Positions 57,507-64,000 of a stretch of DNA of 64,000 nt are shown here, in pieces; the stretch's first letter is position 1; each line of letters begins with the position of its first letter. Under the pieces are notes generated by a model. The model was given only the letters and a program-made list of their open reading frames with translations, did not search any database and was not told the origin of the DNA. The position numbers and the translations under genes are program-made. The stretch covers positions 4,361 to 68,360 of the forward strand of contig JAFGSY010000045.1 of NCBI GenBank assembly GCA_016934315.1. The letters are read 5' to 3'. The DNA is from Candidatus Anaeroferrophillus wilburensis (GTDB lineage: Bacteria > Desulfobacterota > Anaeroferrophillalia > Anaeroferrophillales > Anaeroferrophillaceae).

Positions 57507-58898
57507 ATGAAAACAGCAGATGTGGCAATTATTGGTGGTTCGGCCGCCGGGCTGATGGCGGCAATCACCTTAAGAAAACGCTATCCGGGAAAAAAGGTTT
57601 TACTGGTCCGCGACGTGACACAGACGCCGGTTCCCTGTGGCATCCCCTATATCTATGGTACGTTGGGTGCCGTACAGAAAGACATTATTGCTGATGATAA
57701 GTTTCTAGAAATGGGGATTGAGATTATTCATGATACGGTCACCGCTATTCAGCGCGATAAAAAAACCGTCACTTTCGCAGCACATGACACCTTGGCCTAC
57801 GACAAACTAATTCTGGCTTCCGGATCAAAACCTCTCCTGCCCCCCATGCCCGGCATTGACCTGGGCAACGTTTTTACCATTAAAAAAGATCCCGAACATC
57901 TGCAGCTCATTTATACCCGTTTACAGAAAGCGAAAAATGTCGTGGTCATCGGCGGTGGCTTCATCGGCGTTGAGATGGCTGAACAGATTGCCAAAATGGG
58001 CGGCGCCACCTGCAAAGATTATTTCTGCACCGCCGAAGAAAGTGGTTCATCTCTGCAGGTAACCATCATCGAGATGCTGCCCCACTGCCTGATGCTGGCC
58101 TGCGAAGAAGAGTTCTGCCTGCAGGCGGAAAACGAACTGCGGAAAATGGGAATCAACGTGCTGACCAACAGCCGTGTTGAAGCCCTGGAAGGTAATGGCA
58201 CCGTATCCGCTGTCAAACTGGCTAACGGTAAAAGCATTCCAGCCGACATCGTTATTATCGGCATCGGGGCAATCCCCAACATCGACCTTGCCCAACAGGG
58301 TGATATTGATGCCGATCCCAGGAGCGGGGTTGTGGTTAATGAATTTATGCAGACCAATGACCCTGACATCTATGCAGCCGGCGACTGCGCCAGTAAATTT
58401 TCCCTGATTACCGGCAAACCGACCGGCATCCGTCTGGCTTCGGTTGCCTGTTCTGAAGGCATGATTGCGGCCAGCAACCTTTACGGTATTCCAAGAAAAA
58501 CCATGGGTGCTTTGGGGGCCTTTGGCACCACGGTGGGGAATCGGAGTATTGCCGCCGCCGGCCTGACCACCAAAGCGGCGGCTGATGAAGGAATTGAAGT
58601 GGTCATCGGCGAAGCACAGGCACCAAACCGTCATCCCGGCGGATTGCCCGGCTGCATTCCCGACATGAAAGCCAAACTCCTGTTCCGCAAGAGTGACGGC
58701 GTTATTGTAGGCGGCCATATAAGCGGTGGTGAGGCCTCTGCCGACATGGTCAACATCATTGCCGTTGCCATCCAGGGGGAAATGACGGCTGAACAGCTGG
58801 CCACCATGCAGTATGCCACCCATCCGCTGCTTACCGCCTCGCCCTTGGCATACCAGGTGATGCTGGCCGCGGAAAATGCTGCAGTTGCCCTGGGCTAG
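57507..58898 (+). CDS. FAD-dependent pyridine nucleotide-disulfide oxidoreductase (NADH oxidase / CoA-disulfide reductase family)
   Basis: Start MKTADVAIIGGSAAGLMAAI. Second dinucleotide fold VVVIGGGFIGVEMAE. AAGDCAS. Unusual insert containing CKDYFC. Confidence 0.7.
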   Translation: MKTADVAIIGGSAAGLMAAITLRKRYPGKKVLLVRDVTQTPVPCGIPYIYGTLGAVQKDIIADDKFLEMGIEIIHDTVTAIQRDKKTVTFAAHDTLAYDKLILASGSKPLLPPMPGIDLGNVFTIKKDPEHLQLIYTRLQKAKNVVVIGGGFIGVEMAEQIAKMGGATCKDYFCTAEESGSSLQVTIIEMLPHCLMLACEEEFCLQAENELRKMGINVLTNSRVEALEGNGTVSAVKLANGKSIPADIVIIGIGAIPNIDLAQQGDIDADPRSGVVVNEFMQTNDPDIYAAGDCASKFSLITGKPTGIRLASVACSEGMIAASNLYGIPRKTMGALGAFGTTVGNRSIAAAGLTTKAAADEGIEVVIGEAQAPNRHPGGLPGCIPDMKAKLLFRKSDGVIVGGHISGGEASADMVNIIAVAIQGEMTAEQLATMQYATHPLLTASPLAYQVMLAAENAAVALG

Positions 58899-58978
58899 CA
58901 GGATGTGACCAGATTTAATACCTTCAGCCTCGGAAACCCGCAATGACAAAGTAATGAAAAAAATGGGGTATTACCAAG

Positions 58979-59020
58979 AAAAAAAGCCGGGAGGAACAGA
59001 TGTTCCTCCCGGCTTTTTTT
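58979..59020. terminator. bidirectional rho-independent terminator
   Basis: aaaaaagccgggaggaaca-gat-tgttcctcccggcttttttt. Confidence 0.85.
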
Positions 59021-59050
59021 GCAGCACACGTTCAAATCCACGGACCGTTG

Positions 59051-59233
59051 TCAGTCCTCGTAGTAGCCGACGATAAATCTCTCTGCCAGCATACCGATGA
59101 TAATCATCACCCCGCCAACCCCGATTGCCACCGTAGCAATGGTATACATCTCGTGCAATATCCAGACGGCAATGCCGCAGATACCGATAAAAAAACCCAA
59201 TAACTCCACCAGGGGAATCCATAATTTCGACAT
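59051..59233 (-). CDS. small two-TM membrane protein (60 aa)
   Basis: MSKLWIPLVELLGFFIGICGIAVWILHEMYTIATVAIGVGGVMIIIGMLAERF. Tightly linked upstream of ccdA (8-bp gap). Confidence 0.3.
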   Translation of the reverse strand: MSKLWIPLVELLGFFIGICGIAVWILHEMYTIATVAIGVGGVMIIIGMLAERFIVGYYED

Positions 59234-59240
59234 AGTTTAC

Positions 59241-59975
59241 TCAACCTCCTGCTTGGGGTATAACGATGGTAATATACTGGGAAAGCGCGGATAAATAGTT
59301 GAAAAAGAGTAGCAAACCAATAATAATCAGGAATATGCCGCTGACCATGCTGATTATGCGCAGGTAACGGTTCAACCGGGCGAAATAGGCCAGGAATGAG
59401 TTGAATGCCAGCGCAGCAATGAGGAAGGGAAGCCCCAGACCGAGGGAATAGAAGACCAGCAGGATGATGCCGGTGGCCATCTGCTGCGACGTACTGGCAT
59501 AGAGCAGAATGCTGGCCAGGATGGGACCGATGCAGGGTGTCCAACCGGCGGCAAAGGCGATTCCCACCAGCACCGAGCCCACATAACCCACCGGTTTGTT
59601 TTTGAATTCCACCCTTCGTTCCCGCTCAAGAAACTTCAGTTTAAAAGCACCGGTGATATGAATACCGAGCAGGATGACCACCAGGCCGCCAATTTTCCTG
59701 ATCAGCGCCTGATTCTGCTGAAAAAAGTTCCCGAGATACGTGGCCGAGGCTCCCATAGCCACAAACACCAGGCTGAAGCCCAGAATAAAGAGCAGGGAAT
59801 GGATAAGCGTCTGTCGGCGGACCGATCGCTTTTTTGATTCCACCAGATCGTCAAAAGACATCCCGGTAATATAGGTCAGATACGACGGAATCAGGGGCAG
59901 TACACAGGGTGAAACAAAAGAAAGTAAACCGGCGGTAAAAGCAATAAAAATTGAGATATTGGACGTTGAAGACAT
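59241..59975 (-). CDS. ccdA: cytochrome c-type biogenesis / thiol-disulfide transporter CcdA (DsbD core domain)
   Basis: Start MSSTSNISIFIAFTAGLLSFVSPCVLPLIP. Second conserved Cys GWTPCIGPIL. Six TM. Confidence 0.75.
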   Translation of the reverse strand: MSSTSNISIFIAFTAGLLSFVSPCVLPLIPSYLTYITGMSFDDLVESKKRSVRRQTLIHSLLFILGFSLVFVAMGASATYLGNFFQQNQALIRKIGGLVVILLGIHITGAFKLKFLERERRVEFKNKPVGYVGSVLVGIAFAAGWTPCIGPILASILLYASTSQQMATGIILLVFYSLGLGLPFLIAALAFNSFLAYFARLNRYLRIISMVSGIFLIIIGLLLFFNYLSALSQYITIVIPQAGG

Positions 59976-59986
59976 AACGAAATATC

Positions 59987-60994
59987 CTAAGGAAAATAAA
60001 GGTGACAGGCTACCCTGTGCTGTGTGCCATTGGCCTGCTGCAACTGCGGCATCTCCACGGCACACCGGGGCAGACGTTCATGGCAACGGGCATAAAAAGG
60101 GCAGCCGGTTCCCATCGCTGCCCGACTGCTGCCGGCCGGCGCCGTGACTTTTTTTCGCCGCTGACGGGGATCAGGCAAAGGAATTGACTGCAGCAGCAAG
60201 CGGGTATAGGGATGCAAAGGCTCCCGATACAGAACATCACCAGCCGCTTCTTCGACAATCCTGCCCAGGTACATTACCAGAATTCGATCACTAACCAGTT
60301 TCACCACACTGAGATCATGGGAAATAAACAGCATGGTCAGCTGAAACTGCTCTTTCAGATCCAGCAGCAGATTAAGAATCTGGGCCTGGATGGAAACATC
60401 AAGAGCCGATACCGGCTCATCGGCAACCACAAACTCAGGGTTCAGGCACAAAGCCCTGGCGATGCCGACCCGCTGGCGCTGACCACCACTGAACTCATGG
60501 GGATAACGGTTGCCCACTTCGGCATCCAGGCCGACAACATCGAGCAGTTCATCGACCCGCTGGCGCCGCCAGGCCGCCTTACCCTGACGGTGAATAATCA
60601 GGGGTTCTTCAATGATCTTCCGCACTCTCATCCTCGGGTTCAGGGATGAGTAGGGATCCTGAAAAATCATTTGAAACCGGCGGCGATAAGGCCGCAGCTG
60701 TCGTTCAGTCAATCTCCCTATGGAAATATCATGAAAAAAGATTTCCCCCCGGTCAAGGGTTTCCAAACGAAGCAGCAACTTCCCCAAGGTTGATTTGCCG
60801 CAGCCGGACTCCCCCACCAAACCGACCGTTTCACCCGGTTGGATGCTCAGGCTCACCCCATCAACAGCGGTCAGCGTCCCCTGCGGGGCAAACAACCCTC
60901 CACCCCGTACGGGAAATTTTTTCTGCAGATCCTTAACGGTCAGCAAAGGCTGTGATTCCTGGCCGCTAGGCACGGTCCTGTTCACCTTCATGGC
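59987..60994 (-). CDS. ABC transporter ATP-binding protein, oligopeptide/dipeptide (DppF/OppF-like) type with C-terminal Cys-rich extension
   Basis: Start at MKVNRTV...LLTVKDLQKKF. GESGCGKSTLG, LSGGQRQRVGIARAL, FISHDLSVV. C-terminal YTRLLLQSIP ... CPFYARC. No cognate permease adjacent. Confidence 0.75.
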   Translation of the reverse strand, partial: AMKVNRTVPSGQESQPLLTVKDLQKKFPVRGGGLFAPQGTLTAVDGVSLSIQPGETVGLVGESGCGKSTLGKLLLRLETLDRGEIFFHDISIGRLTERQLRPYRRRFQMIFQDPYSSLNPRMRVRKIIEEPLIIHRQGKAAWRRQRVDELLDVVGLDAEVGNRYPHEFSGGQRQRVGIARALCLNPEFVVADEPVSALDVSIQAQILNLLLDLKEQFQLTMLFISHDLSVVKLVSDRILVMYLGRIVEEAAGDVLYREPLHPYTRLLLQSIPLPDPRQRRKKVTAPAGSSRAAMGTGCPFYARCHERLPRCAVEMPQLQQANGTQHRVACHLYFP

Positions 60995-62099
60995 CCAGAG
61001 GCTGCCGGCATTTTTCCAGAGCAGCCAGTAGATGCTCACGGCTGATGTTGCTCTGGACGAAGGGTTGGCCGATATTACGCAAAAGAACCATGTTGAGCTT
61101 GCCGTTGGCAACTTTTTTGTCGCGCTCCATAACCGCCAGCAGTTCGTCGGCACTCACATCATCGGGAGCAATACCCTGAAGACCAAAAAGCTCGAGCAAC
61201 GCGGTAATCCGCCGCAGTTCCTCTTTTGCCAGAAAGCCAGCCTCAACAGACAGATACGCCACGTATGCCAGACCGATGGCCACCGCAGCACCATGCTTGA
61301 TCCCCCGGTATGCGCCGGCCTTTTCAAGGGCGTGAGCCATGGTATGACCAAGATTCAAAATAGCCCGTACACCCAGCTGCTCAAGTTCATCCCGGGCAAC
61401 AAAATCAGCTTTAATCCGTGAACAGTAGTGCAGCATGCTGGCAAGAATTTTAGGATTTTTGGCCAAGATGCCCTGATGATTCATCTCCAGAAAGGAAACA
61501 AAATCTTCACCGGCAATCAAGGCATATTTGACGACCTCTCCCAAGCCGCTGTAGAACTCTTCCTCCGGCAGGGTGGTCAGGAGATCAACATCAGAAATGA
61601 CCGCCCGCGGCTGATAGAACGTACCCACCAGATTTTTGCCCACCGGCAGATTGATGCCGTTTTTGCCGCCGATGGCACTGTCAACCTGGGCCAGCAGGGT
61701 GGTTGGTACCTGCAGCAGATCAATGCCCCGCATATAGGTGGCCGCAGCAAAGCCGGCCAGATCACCGATAACCCCGCCGCCGAATGCACAGACGAACCCA
61801 TCCCGTTGCAGGCCGGCATCATACATGCTCCGGTAGAGGGAAAAAAGGGTTTCCTGGTTTTTGTACTGTTCCCCGTCAGAAATAACAATCGGCGCGACAT
61901 CGTACTCGGTACGGGCAAAAAGATCGAGCAACTGGTTCAGATGCAGGGCCGCCACCGTTTCGTTGGTGATAATAACACCACGTTTGCCGCGAAAATGGGG
62001 CAGGTGCATCTCATCATTGACGCCGGCAAGCATACCTGAACCAATCATTATCGGGTAGCTTTTCCCCGCCAACTGCACGGAAATTTTATGTATTGCCAT
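60966..62099 (-). CDS. aroB: 3-dehydroquinate synthase
   Basis: 377 aa. GGGVIGDLAGFAAATYMRGI NAD site. LNLGHTMAHALE metal-binding motif. Confidence 0.85.
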   Translation of the reverse strand: MAIHKISVQLAGKSYPIMIGSGMLAGVNDEMHLPHFRGKRGVIITNETVAALHLNQLLDLFARTEYDVAPIVISDGEQYKNQETLFSLYRSMYDAGLQRDGFVCAFGGGVIGDLAGFAAATYMRGIDLLQVPTTLLAQVDSAIGGKNGINLPVGKNLVGTFYQPRAVISDVDLLTTLPEEEFYSGLGEVVKYALIAGEDFVSFLEMNHQGILAKNPKILASMLHYCSRIKADFVARDELEQLGVRAILNLGHTMAHALEKAGAYRGIKHGAAVAIGLAYVAYLSVEAGFLAKEELRRITALLELFGLQGIAPDDVSADELLAVMERDKKVANGKLNMVLLRNIGQPFVQSNISREHLLAALEKCRQPLGHEGEQDRA

Positions 62100-62113
62100 C
62101 TCTCACCTAGAGC

Positions 62114-62824
62114 TCAGACAGGCTCACATACCCGCCGGCTGACCTCAAGATAGGCTTCCTCTATCTTGCCAAGATCACGGCGAAAGCGGTCTTTATCCAT
62201 TTTTTCCAGACTGCGGGCATCCCACAACCGGCAGGTATCCGGACAGATCTCATCCGCCAGCAGCACCTGATCGTGAAAGACACCAAACTCCAGCTTGAAA
62301 TCCACCAGCAGAATCTCCCGATCGGCAAAAAACTGCCGCAGGATATCGTTGATTTTCAGCGCCAGCTCCCGGGCCTGATCAATCTGGACCGCGGTTGCCA
62401 GGGAAAAGGCCAGCACATGGTCCCGATTGATCATCGGATCATGCAGGGAATCATCCTTGTAGTAATATTCGACAATCGGAAACGGCAGGGACTCGCCCTC
62501 AGGCTTACCCATGCGCTTGGCCAGGCTACCGGCAATGGTGTTGCGGACCACCACTTCCACCGGCATAATTCTGACACTTTTAACCAGCACTTCACGATCC
62601 GAGAGTTTCTTCACCAGGTGGGTCGCAATCCCCTTGGATTCCAGCATCTCAAACAGATGGGTGGAGATGCGGTTGTTGAGGACGCCCTTTTCGACAATCG
62701 TCCCCTTCTTGGTCCCGTCAAAGGCGGTGGCATCATCCTTGAAATAGAGGATATGGTGATCAGCATCATCGGTGGCATAAATTATTTTAGCCTTGCCTTC
62801 GTACAGTTTTTCCCCTCTGGTCAT
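62114..62824 (-). CDS. purC: phosphoribosylaminoimidazole-succinocarboxamide synthase
   Basis: Start MTRGEKLYEGKAKIIY. SAICAR synthetase N-terminus. 237 aa. Confidence 0.85.
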   Translation of the reverse strand: MTRGEKLYEGKAKIIYATDDADHHILYFKDDATAFDGTKKGTIVEKGVLNNRISTHLFEMLESKGIATHLVKKLSDREVLVKSVRIMPVEVVVRNTIAGSLAKRMGKPEGESLPFPIVEYYYKDDSLHDPMINRDHVLAFSLATAVQIDQARELALKINDILRQFFADREILLVDFKLEFGVFHDQVLLADEICPDTCRLWDARSLEKMDKDRFRRDLGKIEEAYLEVSRRVCEPV

Positions 62825-64000
62825 CACTCAACTCCTTTGGTGCCGAAAACCCGGTCAAAAATAACCGGTATCTGGCGTAAATGATGTTCGACAGAAAAAA
62901 GATTTTCCACTTCATCCGGTTGCAGCACAGCCATAACCTCACCATCTTCCAGTAGATTTTCCTTGAAAGACGTACCGGATTCAAATGATTTCATGGCATT
63001 TCTCTGAACCCAACGGTAGGCCTGCTCACGACTGATACCCCGGCGGGCTAAAGCCAGCAGAATACCCTGGGAAAAGAAGGTTCCGCCGGTCAACTGCAGA
63101 TTCTCCTGCATGCGTTCGGGATAGACAACCAGTTTATCAATCACCCCGGTTACCCGGTGAAGCATGAAATCAATCAAAATAGTGGAGTCCGGGGCAATGA
63201 CCCGCTCCACTGACGAATGGCTGATATCACGTTCGTGCCACAAGGACATATTTTCCATCGCCGCCAGGGCGTTTGCCCGAACCAGACGGGCCAGGCCGCA
63301 GAGGTTCTCCGAAAGAATCGGATTCCTTTTATGGGGCATGGCGGAAGACCCCTTCTGGCCGGCATGGAAAAACTCCTCTGCCTCGCCCACCTCGGTCCGC
63401 TGGAGATGACGAATCTCGGTTGCAAACTTTTCAATGGAGCCAGCCAGCAGGGCAAGGACGGTAAAAAACGAAGCATGACGGTCGCGCTGCACGATCTGGC
63501 TCGAAGCCGGCGCCGGCTTTAATCCCAACTTGCGGCATACCGATTCTTCAACCACCGGGGCAATATTGGCAAAGGTACCCACCGCCCCGGAGATTTTACC
63601 AACGGAGATATCTTCGAGCGCCTGGAGAAAACGGCAACGCTGCCGCCTGATTTCATCATACCAGATAGCCAGCTTGAGGCCAAAGGTGATCGGTTCTGCA
63701 TGAATGCCATGGGACCGGCCGATCATCACACAATCACGATGTTGGTGCGCCTTGTTCTCCAGTACGGTCAGCAACCGGTCTATGCCGTCAAGGATCAGCT
63801 CTCCCGCTTCTTTCAGCTGCAAAGCCAGGGCAGTATCAAGAACATCCGAGGAGGTCATCCCCAAATGGATAAAACGGGAATCAGGCCCGACAAACTCGCC
63901 CACCGAGGTCAGAAAGGCAATAACATCATGGCGGACTTCCTGCTCAATTTCATCAATCCGGGCAACGGAAAAATCAGCCTTTTCACTGATGGTCCGCGCG
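62824..64000 (-). CDS. purB: adenylosuccinate lyase (C-terminal 390 aa; N-terminus beyond window end)
   Basis: Frame stays open to window end (…ISEKADFSVARIDEIEQEVRHDVIAFLTSVGEFVGPD…). GMTSSDVLDTA, SSAMPHKRNP fumarate-lyase signature. Confidence 0.85.
   Translation of the reverse strand, partial: ARTISEKADFSVARIDEIEQEVRHDVIAFLTSVGEFVGPDSRFIHLGMTSSDVLDTALALQLKEAGELILDGIDRLLTVLENKAHQHRDCVMIGRSHGIHAEPITFGLKLAIWYDEIRRQRCRFLQALEDISVGKISGAVGTFANIAPVVEESVCRKLGLKPAPASSQIVQRDRHASFFTVLALLAGSIEKFATEIRHLQRTEVGEAEEFFHAGQKGSSAMPHKRNPILSENLCGLARLVRANALAAMENMSLWHERDISHSSVERVIAPDSTILIDFMLHRVTGVIDKLVVYPERMQENLQLTGGTFFSQGILLALARRGISREQAYRWVQRNAMKSFESGTSFKENLLEDGEVMAVLQPDEVENLFSVEHHLRQIPVIFDRVFGTKGVE

Noticed and set aside
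1-64000. CRISPR arrays, transposases/IS elements, integrases, tRNA or rRNA genes
   Set aside because: No short regularly spaced direct repeats, no transposase or integrase-like ORFs, and no tRNA-like cloverleaf candidates were seen in the intergenic regions. The window appears to be stable core chromosome.

Overview
This is a high-GC (roughly 55-60%) bacterial chromosomal segment. Gene content points to a Desulfobacterota-type anaerobe: HdrABC, MvhD, CooT, LarB/LarE, Tat, CcdA. I found no rRNA, tRNA, CRISPR array or transposase.

The + strand block (1-17.3 kb) holds small accessory genes: thioesterase, Fe-S protein, HI0933 flavoprotein, IMPase-family CysQ-like phosphatase, DUF4197, nitroreductase, MsrAB, DUF4126, a K+ channel, a DUF3300/DUF2950 secreted pair, and an outer-membrane/FMN-binding/FtsX-ABC module.

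The most striking part is a roughly 17-kb minus-strand supercluster (17.4-34.5 kb). It reads fumAB - hdrC2B2A2 - hdrA1C1B1 - giant tandem-HdrA (1014 aa) - mvhD - FrhB-like Fe-S protein - membrane-anchor-less SdhA/SdhB-like fumarate reductase - sucCD. This looks like a soluble succinate dehydrogenase/fumarate reductase coupled to an Hdr-type, possibly flavin-based electron-bifurcating, module.

Downstream are a leucine/HMG-CoA catabolic operon (ivd, HMG-CoA lyase, enoyl-CoA hydratase, HMGL-like), a CooT-like nickel protein, nfi, rimO, rsmE, an SPFH protein, tsaC, tatAC, larB/larE, ftsY, smc, a CNNM/CorC transporter, an NADH-oxidase-like flavoprotein, ccdA, aroB, purC and purB (partial).

A diverged intergenic element of about 163 nt occurs in at least four full or partial copies (8978, 39573, 56014, 48606). 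It is a candidate structured ncRNA or REP-like family. Several long perfect palindromes and an AT-rich island are also present.

Many long antisense ORFs in the six-frame track are high-GC artefacts.
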